Shown here piece after piece: positions 28,866 through 39,091 of a stretch of DNA of 60,795 nucleotides; position 1 is the stretch's first letter; the number at the start of each line of letters is the position of its first letter. This DNA comes from an uncultured virus (IMG/VR IMGVR_UViG_3300031111_000236). Taxonomy: Duplodnaviria; Heunggongvirae; Uroviricota; Caudoviricetes. The position numbers and the translations under genes are program-made. The stretch lies in the IMG/VR virus record IMGVR_UViG_3300031111_000236; one strand, 5' to 3'. The notes beneath the pieces were generated by a model, which worked only from the letters and a program-made list of their open reading frames with translations, did no database searches and had not been told where the DNA came from.

Positions 28866-30128
28866 ATGGCTGTGATAGTGATACCGAAGGCAGGGCGAGG
28901 CGTGTCGAGAGCTATGCTGGACCAGATGTATATAGACTTCTCCGACCAGCTCAAGAGGTTGCAGAGACAGATAGGTTTCAGGATATCTGCCCGTGGTTGG
29001 TGCTACATCATGGAGCAGAACGGTCTTATCAATAAGGACCAGTTCGACCTTGTGAACAATGCCATCAACAACTGCCGTAAGAAGGGATACCTACCTGTGG
29101 ACTTTACAGCCGAGGAGTCGGCCCGTCAGTTCAAAGGCGTGGAGGAGCCTACCACGGAACCGCCTGGCGTGTGGCTTAGAGACTATCTAAACTACATATT
29201 CAGGTGCGAGAACACGTACATACCTGAGTGGTGGGCCGACGAGGAGTACTACATACAGATGGTAGTGGAGAAGGTGGACTTGGTGACCCTGTTCCGTCCT
29301 ATCTGCGAGAAGTTCCATATCCCAATAGCAAACGCTAAGGGGTGGTCCTCTATATCTCAGAGAGCAGAATACGCTCGCCGCTTCAAGGAGGCTGAAGCAA
29401 ATGGTCTCAAGTGCGTCCTCTTGTACTGTGGTGACCATGACCCTGATGGTCTCCGCATAGGCGAGTTCCTGCGTAAGAATCTTGCCGACATCAAGGACAT
29501 CACATGGAACGATGGTGAGGACGGCTACGACCCTGTTGACCTGGAGATAGACAGGTTCGGGCTTAATCACAGTTTCATAGCGACCAATGGGCTGACGTGG
29601 ATAGACAATCTCATCACAGGCTCGGGCAAGAATCTCGCATCACCAACCCACCCGAACTACGACATGGAGTACGTACAAGAGTACCTCAAGAGGTACGGTG
29701 CTCGCAAGTGTGAGGCGAACGCCATCGTTCAGAACCCAAAGGCTGGTCAGGACCTGTGCCTACAGGCCATTGAGAAGTACCTCGGCACGAACGCAGAGGC
29801 AAGGTTCCAGGTTAAGATAGATAGGGTGCGTGAGTGGATAGAGGAGTATCGTCAGAAGCTCGGGATAGAGCATCATCTCACCAATGCTATAGGTGAAATC
29901 AACAAGGGCGAGGCCCAGAGACTCCCCGTTCGATGCCCCTCTTGTGATTTTGTGTATGGGGATAAAATGTATGACCAGATGGTAGCCGACGACGAGGAGG
30001 AGTGCCCCGAGTGCGGTGCGTACCTTTTGGCTGAGTGTTCAGGGTGCGGCAAGAGGCTCCGCACGGACCTTGAGGACGTTACTGGTCTTGAGGAGTGTCC
30101 CTTCTGCGGAAAGTACAGCCCTGTCTGA
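28866..30128 (+). CDS. Toprim protein of Topo VI A/Spo11-like type with C-terminal Zn ribbons
   Basis: SARGWCY, VVEK, KGWSS, YCGDHDPDG, EANA; four CxxC at the C-terminus. Confidence 0.75.
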   Translation: MAVIVIPKAGRGVSRAMLDQMYIDFSDQLKRLQRQIGFRISARGWCYIMEQNGLINKDQFDLVNNAINNCRKKGYLPVDFTAEESARQFKGVEEPTTEPPGVWLRDYLNYIFRCENTYIPEWWADEEYYIQMVVEKVDLVTLFRPICEKFHIPIANAKGWSSISQRAEYARRFKEAEANGLKCVLLYCGDHDPDGLRIGEFLRKNLADIKDITWNDGEDGYDPVDLEIDRFGLNHSFIATNGLTWIDNLITGSGKNLASPTHPNYDMEYVQEYLKRYGARKCEANAIVQNPKAGQDLCLQAIEKYLGTNAEARFQVKIDRVREWIEEYRQKLGIEHHLTNAIGEINKGEAQRLPVRCPSCDFVYGDKMYDQMVADDEEECPECGAYLLAECSGCGKRLRTDLEDVTGLEECPFCGKYSPV

Positions 30129-30196
30129 TTCTGATATATAAGAGTTAGCCTATCAATATAAATAGGACCGCTACTGTGTTTGTAGTGGTGGTCCAC

Positions 30197-31666
30197 GTGG
30201 TCAAGAGCAAGGGCTTTACAGACAATCCGAGCAGACACTCTCTGAACGCCAGGGGTATCCCTAACCAGACTTTTGCGCAGTCGAGTCGAGACCAGAGCAA
30301 GGAGGTTCTCGCTCAACTCTTGGACGAGAGCAACTGTGGCTGGTTCTCACACAAGAGAGATAACCTGGCTAAGGAAGCCGATGGCTGGAGAAAGCGTGCG
30401 GTCCGTGAGACCGATAAGGTGGCCAAGCAGAGGTTCTTGGACAAGGCCGAGTCTTATGATGACTCTGTTGCGATGGTCAACGAGGTCATGATAGAGGGCG
30501 GCTGTGGCCCTCAGTCTTTTGGGAGTCTCGCAGTCAAGGACCCTACGAGGCCCGATGAGCACAACCACACGCTGTTTCTTGACCCGTGGGAGATAGGCGA
30601 ACTCGAAGCATCTGGGAAGCCTATCGATAGTTCTAATCCCAAGGAAGAGGTCAACATCCTGGTATACAAGTTAGACCAGGACATAATCGGGAAGATGAAG
30701 CCCGAGCACGTTGCGCAACTGAACGACTCAATTAAGAGGGAGATAGCCACTCTTGAAAGGACGGGTAAGGACCCACGTCGCCTGAAGTATCTCAAGAACT
30801 TCCAGACTGGTGTCGAAGCCGAAATGCAAAAGCACTCGTCTCAAAGGTCTTTCGCCAGTCTTACCGTGGATAGGACGAGTGCCATTGGCGGTAAGAGCAC
30901 TGTTGTTTTCCTGGACGACCAGGAGATAGACAAACTCAAAAGGGGACGCTTCGTGCGCAGTATCAACGAGCGTGACCATGTGGGTGCTATGGTAATACCT
31001 CTTACCGATGCCCAGATAAAACATCTCGACGGCGACCAACTGAAGCAGTTGCGCAAGGAGATTAACAAGGAGAAGCACTTCAACGAGAAGAGCGATGCTC
31101 GTGTTGCCGAGAACAGGGACAAGTTCTTGGAAGAGCTGGACAGCAAGGTGGTAGCGGAGTTGAAGAAGCGCAATATCACCCCACCACGTGGTTTTAAGAT
31201 GGCTCAGTCCCAGAGGGGATGCGGTCAGGTCATTATCAGCGGCGACAAGATAACTGTCACGGACGAGAGCGGAGTCGAGATTCGTCATTGGGAGAAGGAG
31301 GACTGGCAAGACAATCCAAACCTCGTACCCAGGATGGTGGACGACAGCATCAAGGCTTCGCACTGCTCGCTCCCTGGCCAGCGGTCCTTTGGGATGCCGC
31401 TCCCGAAGCGTGGACGTGATAGGGTTAGGAAGGTTACCCACTACCCCCAATCAAACAGAGTCGTTGTGCAGGACGCAGGGCGGCAGAAGTTCGAGGAGAA
31501 GAGTGTGGGTCTCTTGGCTCTAAGACCTTTCTCCGTGGAGAAACAGTCACCGAAAAAGGGAACTAAGGTTCACCTGGTCTATCATGAGAGTCAGAACGCC
31601 GAGTGTGAGCGGACGAAGATAGACGGCGACGACGTTGTATTCTGTCAGCCGAAGAGGAAGAAATAA
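30197..31666 (+). CDS. RH-tag multidomain protein (putative polyprotein)
   Basis: GFTDNPSRHSLNARGIPNQTFA; internal QSFG, RSFA, RSFG; duplicated domain. Confidence 0.8.
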   Translation: MVKSKGFTDNPSRHSLNARGIPNQTFAQSSRDQSKEVLAQLLDESNCGWFSHKRDNLAKEADGWRKRAVRETDKVAKQRFLDKAESYDDSVAMVNEVMIEGGCGPQSFGSLAVKDPTRPDEHNHTLFLDPWEIGELEASGKPIDSSNPKEEVNILVYKLDQDIIGKMKPEHVAQLNDSIKREIATLERTGKDPRRLKYLKNFQTGVEAEMQKHSSQRSFASLTVDRTSAIGGKSTVVFLDDQEIDKLKRGRFVRSINERDHVGAMVIPLTDAQIKHLDGDQLKQLRKEINKEKHFNEKSDARVAENRDKFLEELDSKVVAELKKRNITPPRGFKMAQSQRGCGQVIISGDKITVTDESGVEIRHWEKEDWQDNPNLVPRMVDDSIKASHCSLPGQRSFGMPLPKRGRDRVRKVTHYPQSNRVVVQDAGRQKFEEKSVGLLALRPFSVEKQSPKKGTKVHLVYHESQNAECERTKIDGDDVVFCQPKRKK

Positions 31667-31671
31667 CTGAG

Positions 31672-32748
31672 GTGGCCCTCTTGGGATGGCCAAAGGACCC
31701 CGCACGACATAGATTGTCTTCACATGGCATCCAGTCCAGGCGTGCCTTTGGGTATAGCAAGGATTTTGTGAAGGTTATTCATGACGGTAGCCCCGACGAC
31801 AGGAACACCAAGGAACAGCATAGGGAGCTGTGGCTTCTAATGCGTGACCCTGAGAGCGTTGAGGACGCATGGAGTCCATTCTCGGTACATATCAACAAGG
31901 GCAACATGGCCGAGTTCGCCAAGTGGTCCAAGGACAAACAGAACGATGATACCTACCTCTTGAAGGACGTGGATATGGAGCCTGATTTTCTACTTGATGT
32001 CTCTCGCAAGACGAAAAGGATTAAGTCTGGAAATTCACCACCTTTTGTCACCTATCCTATCCAAGAGGAACCTCTCACGCAACTTCTCATCTTTCATACC
32101 ATTAACGGAGATTCCGACACTATCAAAGACAATGCTGGCTACCGAGAAGCAGTACTACTGAATATGCTTGATGAGAAGAAGAAGTTCGATGAGGCCGAGG
32201 ACACTATCGATTTCTATCTTGGTAAGCACTACTACTTCCTCGACACTCTATCCGCAGAGGAGAAGGTTCTGGCCTTGAAGTATATCCTCCCCAAGCCAGA
32301 GCTTCTTATAAGCGCAGACAGTAATCATTCATACATTATCGCTGACCTGATACAGATGACCTTTATGGGTCTGAAAGACGAGGCTGTCGAGTCACTACGA
32401 ACGACGTTCAAGAGGTACATCGGTGACATGAACAACTATCTTGGTCCGAAAGTACCGAGACGACACAAGGAACGGGACGAGCTTCTTGAACTGATGGATA
32501 TAAGTATCAAGCATAAGGACGACCTTGTGAGTTTTTATGCCTACGCTCCACAACAAAAGAAGGACGGCACTTTTGAGCGTGAGTTCGAGTACTTCGTAAT
32601 GCCCAAGGAGCCCCAGAAACAGTATGGGGAGTTCAACCCAATTTACTCGGACTGTAACTACATCATCTACGCTCCGAAGGGTTGGGTATACAACCGCAAG
32701 TACCATAAGTACATCAAGGCCGAGCGTGCCCACAGAAGGTTGAAATAA
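31672..32748 (+). CDS. RH-tag protein, DIxPDFLLD family member 5
   Basis: GWPKDPARHRLSSHGIQSRRAFGY; DMEPDFLLD. Confidence 0.8.
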   Translation: MALLGWPKDPARHRLSSHGIQSRRAFGYSKDFVKVIHDGSPDDRNTKEQHRELWLLMRDPESVEDAWSPFSVHINKGNMAEFAKWSKDKQNDDTYLLKDVDMEPDFLLDVSRKTKRIKSGNSPPFVTYPIQEEPLTQLLIFHTINGDSDTIKDNAGYREAVLLNMLDEKKKFDEAEDTIDFYLGKHYYFLDTLSAEEKVLALKYILPKPELLISADSNHSYIIADLIQMTFMGLKDEAVESLRTTFKRYIGDMNNYLGPKVPRRHKERDELLELMDISIKHKDDLVSFYAYAPQQKKDGTFEREFEYFVMPKEPQKQYGEFNPIYSDCNYIIYAPKGWVYNRKYHKYIKAERAHRRLK

Positions 32749-33038
32749 TGGCACTCGAAGAGACACTCGGGGACCTCTGTCTGATATTCCTGTTCACGAT
32801 TTTCATAGGCGTGTTCCTCATTGGAGGTGTGTGGGGCCTTGTGCTTCTCAGCCTGTTGAACACGTACCCCTACCTATGGGCGGTCCTTATCGCCCTCAAG
32901 GTCATCATCGGTATGTACTCCTTCGCACGTATGCACTCTATATCCAAGAACAGAGTAGCATGGCTCTTCATAGGGTACTTTTTCCCATTGCTATCACTGT
33001 TCCTGGTCTGGTACTACCGCAAGCAAGAGGGCCTCTGA
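32748..33038 (+). CDS. small membrane protein
   Basis: Three hydrophobic helices; TAATG overlap. Confidence 0.7.
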   Translation: MALEETLGDLCLIFLFTIFIGVFLIGGVWGLVLLSLLNTYPYLWAVLIALKVIIGMYSFARMHSISKNRVAWLFIGYFFPLLSLFLVWYYRKQEGL

Positions 33039-33102
33039 GCATTGTCTTAATATCGACCCTGCACCCGCATCCTTTTATAGCTCGTTACGGTGATAATGTA
33101 GC

Positions 33103-33423
33103 ATGGTCGTAGTATCGCATCAGATGGTAGTTGAACTCCAAAACGGTAACACGAGCGGGACCCCAGATGAGATTCTGGAATCGTTTTTCAAGGAGCTTAG
33201 GTTCGAGATGAAGACCGAGAATAGCTTCTACTTCCCCATGCACTCGCAGGACAGCCCGAATATTATAGTTCTTGTCATGACGAGTAAGAGGGGGTTCGAC
33301 AAGGACACCTTCAATTTCATAGCTAAGAGGCGTGACTTCAAAAAGCGTATTCTGAGCGTTGAGATACTCTACAAGGTCAAATATGTAGAGAACTACGGAC
33401 CTCAAACTTCAAATACTTCGTAG
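33103..33423 (+). CDS. hypothetical protein
   Basis: ORF behind ATTGTCTT (33041) and TATA (33073). Confidence 0.65.
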   Translation: MVVVSHQMVVELQNGNTSGTPDEILESFFKELRFEMKTENSFYFPMHSQDSPNIIVLVMTSKRGFDKDTFNFIAKRRDFKKRILSVEILYKVKYVENYGPQTSNTS

Positions 33424-33437
33424 GGGTAGGACTGACG

Positions 33438-34220
33438 ATGAGAAAGCTGAATAAGAAGGAAGTTCTCCAGTTGAAGGAGGATTGGGAATACTTCATCAGA
33501 CTGACCAAGGAAACAGACGAAGGAGAGCCTGATGTGGCTTTCGAGGGTCTATCTAAGGTCAGAGTTGTCTGGGATGGTAGCACCCTCTTGAGTATTGCCC
33601 CAGATAACGATGAAATTATGTGGCCAGACTACGACGAACACGATATGGACTCAGACGGTTCAATCGTTGCTGATGGCTACAAAATGGAGATATACCTCCC
33701 CGTTGACATCTCTGACGAGGAATGTGAACGGTACGTAGTAGGTGAGACGGAGGTCAACGGCGAGAGAGCCTTTGTATTGGACGTAGCCGCAATCTACGAG
33801 GTCACCAAGAAAAGATACGAGGAGCAACACCGAGAGCAGACAGAGGAGCTTCTCGGTGGGTCTGAGGACGACATCCTCCCGAAGACGGCCCCTACTAAAG
33901 AACAGGTCATTAGTACGATATACACGGGGAATATAGTCCACCGAGTGACAATCGACGCTAAGATAGAGGACCTGGAAGACATCATAGATAATGCAGAGCA
34001 GATGGGTTACACTCAAGAGCTACCACACGAAGAGGGTAGTGACGGACGCTTCACGCTCGTAGTATCCAAGAGGATGCCTTCGAACGGGTGCAAAGGCTGT
34101 GTCCATTACGACGACTCACGCTCAATCAAGCCATGTATCGAGTGCATCAGGAACAGGTACTACAACGCCTTCCTGAAGCCTCACGACCATTACCACGAGG
34201 AGGAGCATGACCATGAGTGA
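33438..34220 (+). CDS. acidic hypothetical protein with C-terminal Cys cluster
   Basis: CKGC..CIEC. Confidence 0.7.
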   Translation: MRKLNKKEVLQLKEDWEYFIRLTKETDEGEPDVAFEGLSKVRVVWDGSTLLSIAPDNDEIMWPDYDEHDMDSDGSIVADGYKMEIYLPVDISDEECERYVVGETEVNGERAFVLDVAAIYEVTKKRYEEQHREQTEELLGGSEDDILPKTAPTKEQVISTIYTGNIVHRVTIDAKIEDLEDIIDNAEQMGYTQELPHEEGSDGRFTLVVSKRMPSNGCKGCVHYDDSRSIKPCIECIRNRYYNAFLKPHDHYHEEEHDHE

Positions 34221-34638
34221 CATTGACATGATGTACTTCGGTGAAGAGGACAAAGCTATCTGCCCAAAGTGTCTCCATATCATTGATATCAGCAAGGACG
34301 TAGACCTACATGAGACTGTGCGGTTCGATAACGACTCTACAACAACATGGTGCGAGGAGTGTCAGATAGAGGTCCCTGTGGTCTTCAAGATAGAGACACA
34401 CTTCGAGCAGACTGATGAGGAGTTCGCAAAGGTCTTCATGATGCTCAGGGGCTATGACGGCACGCCATCCTCTTGGGGCATGGTAGGTCACTACCTTTCA
34501 CGCTTTATTCTTGGTGGCGACAGGGAAAAGATGGACGTTGGTGACAAGGACGAGCAGTTCCAGAAAATGTACGATGAGGCTTACGAATTAGTCTTGGAGT
34601 ACGTTGACAAACCCTTGAGAGGCGATGAAGTAGATTAG
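34207..34638 (+). CDS. Zn-ribbon protein
   Basis: CPKC...CEEC. Confidence 0.7.
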   Translation: MTMSDIDMMYFGEEDKAICPKCLHIIDISKDVDLHETVRFDNDSTTTWCEECQIEVPVVFKIETHFEQTDEEFAKVFMMLRGYDGTPSSWGMVGHYLSRFILGGDREKMDVGDKDEQFQKMYDEAYELVLEYVDKPLRGDEVD

Positions 34639-34656
34639 TCGTCTCCCCGATAAGGG

Positions 34657-35616
34657 GTGAACAATCATGACGGAGGTCAGCAAGTGCAAGAAATCGCAGA
34701 GAGGATACCCAGGAATAAGTACTGGAGTTTCATTGGCCTCCACAATGAGTGGGTACGCACCCGCAACATGAGAATCAGACTCAGATATGCACTACAAGAG
34801 GTGCTACTAATGAAAAACAAAGACGAGAAGAAGAAAACAACGAAGAAAGCCGACAGCGACGGTTTTATCGAGAAGGAAGACACCGTGTCGTTTGAATACA
34901 CGGACAAGAAAGGGGCCATCATCGTAATCAACAGGAAGCTCAAGTTCAAGGGTGGGTTCCTGTACATAGAAGGTCTACAGGGAAGACGGAGCCACACCCT
35001 GACGAAGAAGGCTATCATCCAGGCAATTTCAGCCAAGCTCAAGGTGCAGGAAGAGAAGGGTATCGGTATCTTTGCAGAGTCCGATGAAGCCAAGGCATGG
35101 AAGCCCAAGGAAAAGAAGGAAGAAGGACTCGGATTGGACGTACCCGAAGAACAGGCCAAAAAAGAGGCCAAGAACCGCTACGTTGTACCCAAGACAGAGG
35201 ACAAGTCAGAGGTAGAGACCGAGACCGCCACGAAGTCCATAGACAACAAAATAGACGACATGAAAGATACTCAGGGCGACTTCGAAAAAGATGTCGATGA
35301 GGGTGCTGAGAAGGCCAAAGAAATCCTCGAAACCAGGCAAGAGGCCAAACCTGTCGGTATAGAGAGTCCCAAGGAACATCTGAAAGGCAAGAACGGCGGC
35401 AAGCATAAGGAAAAGTTCATGGTCGAGATAGGGAGCGCACCGAACAACACTCGAAGGTTCCTGGTTCAGGCCAATGACGAGACCGATGCTGTCTTCAGGT
35501 GCATTGAGGCTATCAACAACAAGCACGACTCTGTTGGTCTCAGGAACAAGAGCGACAACCAGATACTCTCGTACTGCACTGTCAGAGTCCACAAGTTCGA
35601 CATGATAGTCCTCTGA
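34657..35616 (+). CDS. highly charged hypothetical protein (start possibly ATG 34810)
   Basis: Lys/Glu-rich; GAGGTG before 34810. Confidence 0.7.
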   Translation: MNNHDGGQQVQEIAERIPRNKYWSFIGLHNEWVRTRNMRIRLRYALQEVLLMKNKDEKKKTTKKADSDGFIEKEDTVSFEYTDKKGAIIVINRKLKFKGGFLYIEGLQGRRSHTLTKKAIIQAISAKLKVQEEKGIGIFAESDEAKAWKPKEKKEEGLGLDVPEEQAKKEAKNRYVVPKTEDKSEVETETATKSIDNKIDDMKDTQGDFEKDVDEGAEKAKEILETRQEAKPVGIESPKEHLKGKNGGKHKEKFMVEIGSAPNNTRRFLVQANDETDAVFRCIEAINNKHDSVGLRNKSDNQILSYCTVRVHKFDMIVL

Positions 35617-35625
35617 GGGACCTTC

Positions 35626-36117
35626 ATGAAGTTCACTCTCAAAAGGAAGCACGACGAGATAGCTGACACCGCCAGATATAGAGGCGTGCCCGATGTCAAG
35701 CTCGGGACCCGTGTGAAGTACCAGGATACCTACGGGACCGTAATTGGTGCTGGTGGTAGGGGAGCTTACTTCTATGCTTTCATGGATGAGGGCATCGTCA
35801 AGATGTTCCACCCGTCCGACATTAAGTTCATATTCGATGGGTCTGCTCCTCAAGCCCCGCACGCTCTAAACATATACGGGGTATGGAACTCGAAGTACCC
35901 TCCTGAAGAGTACGATGAGGTTCCAGCGGTACACGTGAGACTTAGCAGGGATAAGGCTAAGTCGTTCGAGTACCACAGGTGGCTTGAGTGGGACGACGGT
36001 GTGAGTTATATTGATTTCAGGGCACGTCTCCTCGGTCATATCGATAGGGACGGACGTGTCGTGGACTACGCAGACGTGGTAGAAGTGGACCCAAAGCCCA
36101 AGCCGAGAAAATGGTGA
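35626..36117 (+). CDS. hypothetical protein
   Basis: Operon-spaced ORF. Confidence 0.65.
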   Translation: MKFTLKRKHDEIADTARYRGVPDVKLGTRVKYQDTYGTVIGAGGRGAYFYAFMDEGIVKMFHPSDIKFIFDGSAPQAPHALNIYGVWNSKYPPEEYDEVPAVHVRLSRDKAKSFEYHRWLEWDDGVSYIDFRARLLGHIDRDGRVVDYADVVEVDPKPKPRKW

Positions 36118-36121
36118 TATA

Positions 36122-36955
36122 ATGACAGTCAAGCTGATAGACATTACTGACAGAGTGTTCGGCGGTAAAGAGCTGATATTCGCACCCATAAATGAGGGTA
36201 CTGTGGACTTCCATGTGATTACGGTATCTGGGAGTGACGGTTATGGACGGGACGATAAGGTAAAAAGTATTGTTCAGGCGGCCATAGACAATTATGGAGT
36301 GGAAGGTCTGAAGGTGGTAGCTGGTACGAGGTTCAAGGAGTGCATAGACCGTATCACCCCTGGCACAAGAGTAGCAATTCTTCATTTGAGCGACTCTTTC
36401 GACGTTACCAAGCCTACTCCAGAAGAGGTAACCCTCTTGGACCTGCTCAGACCTATCGCAAATACACAATCCGAGAAGGGGTGTAAGAAGATAATTGTTA
36501 TCTTCTCTTCAAGCAACCCAGATTACTTCCACATCAAGGTAAGAGAGATAACTTCCATGAAGTGCTACTGCAACCACATGAGAGATAGCCACGAGGTTCA
36601 TACATTGCCAATGATGTACCAGAACTATCTTAGGAGTATAAATGACTCTGTAAGGGTCTACAATGACAAGAGTGCTCTGGACACTATGGTAGTCCATCTC
36701 AAGACTTGGGCATCGGACCATGTGCCTGAATCAGTACTCAACGACCCAGAGCGTACCCCTCTTGGCTTTGTGAGAACACCACAGGGAAAGTGCGTCTGCA
36801 CATCCTGTGGTAACATAGCGGTCAAGAGGGACCTCAACTACACCAAGGACCACGGTCTTCAGTGTAACAAGTGCTATGGGTACGGTATAGAGGACGCTCT
36901 CGTTGTGGACGGCAAGCACGTACCATGTACAGACATCGTTGAGGTGTTGGAGTGA
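36122..36955 (+). CDS. hypothetical protein with split Zn-binding motifs
   Basis: CYCNH..H, CVCTSC, CNKC. Confidence 0.7.
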   Translation: MTVKLIDITDRVFGGKELIFAPINEGTVDFHVITVSGSDGYGRDDKVKSIVQAAIDNYGVEGLKVVAGTRFKECIDRITPGTRVAILHLSDSFDVTKPTPEEVTLLDLLRPIANTQSEKGCKKIIVIFSSSNPDYFHIKVREITSMKCYCNHMRDSHEVHTLPMMYQNYLRSINDSVRVYNDKSALDTMVVHLKTWASDHVPESVLNDPERTPLGFVRTPQGKCVCTSCGNIAVKRDLNYTKDHGLQCNKCYGYGIEDALVVDGKHVPCTDIVEVLE

Positions 36956-37395
36956 CTGAGAAGACTCCTACGCCAGACGAGCTAATGCCTATAGCATATC
37001 AGTTTGCGGCTCTACGTGACGATGTGAGAGAGGCGTTCCTGTTCAAAATCAAGCAATATCAACCAGTTTTCAAGAGGGTCGGTAAGCGATTCGAAACAGG
37101 CACTCTGTGGACTGATACTAAGAAGGGCAAGATATACAAGTATGGTGTCCTCATAGAGAAGGGTCTTGTTTCAGTGGACCCTAAAAACATAGGCTGGACA
37201 ATAAAGCTCGTTACTATCGACCACAAAGATAAAAGGTACGTCACGGAGACGGCCTCGATACCCTTCGCTGACATTGAGAAGATTATCGATAACTTGGCTG
37301 AAATTTTGGCGAGCTACAAAAATTTTATCGAAGGTGAACTTGACCGCCAGCAAGATGATATGGTCACGTTGTCGAACAAGATAAAGGAGATATGA
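36952..37395 (+). CDS. hypothetical protein
   Basis: GTGA overlap. Confidence 0.65.
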   Translation: MTEKTPTPDELMPIAYQFAALRDDVREAFLFKIKQYQPVFKRVGKRFETGTLWTDTKKGKIYKYGVLIEKGLVSVDPKNIGWTIKLVTIDHKDKRYVTETASIPFADIEKIIDNLAEILASYKNFIEGELDRQQDDMVTLSNKIKEI

Positions 37396-37459
37396 GAACC
37401 CGTAAGTTTTTATATCTCGCAGGAGAATACGGAAATGAGGTGTCACTATAGACTTAACA

Positions 37460-37948
37460 GTGCCTGAGCTTGTTAATAGATTCGAAGAGGACGTTCTCAA
37501 CTGTACCGCTATGGGAACGAGGGACTATACGAAGGCCCTCGGTGACTTTGGCGAGGAGGTTGTAGACACGATTTTCAAGACAGCAGGTATCGAGCACGAA
37601 ACGACCACCGACAGACATCCGATAGATTTCATCGTTATAGAGCACTATGGGGTGGAGCTTAAGACCGTGGCTTTTACCAAGGACAAAAAGCTCCGTATGC
37701 AGAAGACAGGGCGTAGACAGGGGAAGTGTACACCCGAGAAGTATGCCTTCTGCAAAAAACATGGACTCACACCGATAACGATGGCACTCTGGCTGAACCC
37801 GAAAGATGGGACGGTCACCCTCTTATACAAGGAGCGATTCAAAGGCTTCCCGCTGAATACTATGCGCTCCGCTGTAGGTTTCTTTAGAGGGATAGACCCT
37901 GCTTTCGAAGCAGAGTTCATTAGAGAGCAGATAGCAAAGTGTATTTGA
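37460..37948 (+). CDS. PD-(D/E)XK nuclease (Hjc resolvase / restriction-like)
   Basis: GDFGEE...PIDF...VELKT. Confidence 0.7.
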   Translation: MPELVNRFEEDVLNCTAMGTRDYTKALGDFGEEVVDTIFKTAGIEHETTTDRHPIDFIVIEHYGVELKTVAFTKDKKLRMQKTGRRQGKCTPEKYAFCKKHGLTPITMALWLNPKDGTVTLLYKERFKGFPLNTMRSAVGFFRGIDPAFEAEFIREQIAKCI

Positions 37949-38086
37949 GATGCCAGATGGATAAGGCCGTTCGTGCTGGATAACTCGCATTGTCTTTGAA
38001 AAGCCCACCCTTAGCTTGGGGTATAAATACGTCACGTACCGATATGGAAGCAACTAAGCCATGAGACGAGTGGAGAGTGAATAACG

Positions 38087-38584
38087 ATGAGCGATATACC
38101 ACACATCCTAATTGAGGCCGAAGAGTTCAGGAAAGCGATGAAGGCCAGGTACGGTCAAGAGATGCTCTTGAGATGCCACTCGGCTGACAAGATGGTCACC
38201 GAGAGGGTAATGGCTGATAGGGCCTATCTTGCCGCCTTGAAAAAGCTCGATGACGAGGAGGCTAAGATAGAGAAGGAGGTCGGTAACATCGACGCTCTAT
38301 CTCTGGACGAGAAGAGGGCTGTCCTTGGCCAGAGGGCTGAGAAGAATGATATTATCATAAAGGCACGCAAGACCATGACCGAGATAGAGACCAACATTAA
38401 GGAGGCCGTGAAGGAGGAGCTGAAGGTTTTCGAGGTTCTGATGAGAGTGTACGAAGAAGACTATCGCACCCCGATTAAGGGAGTGGACTACTACTTCATA
38501 CACGCTCCCGAGACCTCGTGGGAGAAGTCGGTCTATATCGACTTGTGCCATGAGTACGATGTCCCTCACAAGGAGCTGTACTGA
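38087..38584 (+). CDS. coiled-coil hypothetical protein, paralog A
   Basis: 165 aa; C-terminal GVDYYF..DVPH. Confidence 0.7.
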   Translation: MSDIPHILIEAEEFRKAMKARYGQEMLLRCHSADKMVTERVMADRAYLAALKKLDDEEAKIEKEVGNIDALSLDEKRAVLGQRAEKNDIIIKARKTMTEIETNIKEAVKEELKVFEVLMRVYEEDYRTPIKGVDYYFIHAPETSWEKSVYIDLCHEYDVPHKELY

Positions 38585-38593
38585 GGTGATAGT

Positions 38594-39091
38594 ATGCGAG
38601 AGGACCACTACCTTATAGACGAGGAGGCTTTTGATAAAGCCTTCAAAAAACACCCAAGGAAGCCTTCTGACCCCGATGAGCTTACTAAGGTGCACCTTGA
38701 GCGTCTGAAGGCTGACAAGGAATACCAAGAAGTATCGGCCAAGTGCAACGAGATACAGATGAACATATCTGACCAGGTGGACGCTATCGTGGGTCTGACA
38801 GAGGCTGAGACCGACCTCTTGACACACAATCGCTACGTGGTGAACCCAGAGTACAAGAAGCTGGCCATGAAGAAGAGCAAAATCTACGACAGGCTGATGG
38901 AAGTGGCTCTGGAAGAGATGCAACAGATAGGGCGGCTTCTCGGTGTTCGAGATAGTCCAATCGTGGAAATTGGCGGTGTCACCTACTACTGGTGCGTAGC
39001 CAGCGCACTCAAGGCCGAAAGAAAGCCGCTGATAGAGTGGCTGAAGGCGAACAAGGTCCCGTATATAAAGAGGCCAGAGGTGGAAATGTAA
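38594..39091 (+). CDS. coiled-coil hypothetical protein, paralog B
   Basis: 165 aa; C-terminal GVTYYW..KVPY. Confidence 0.7.
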   Translation: MREDHYLIDEEAFDKAFKKHPRKPSDPDELTKVHLERLKADKEYQEVSAKCNEIQMNISDQVDAIVGLTEAETDLLTHNRYVVNPEYKKLAMKKSKIYDRLMEVALEEMQQIGRLLGVRDSPIVEIGGVTYYWCVASALKAERKPLIEWLKANKVPYIKRPEVEM

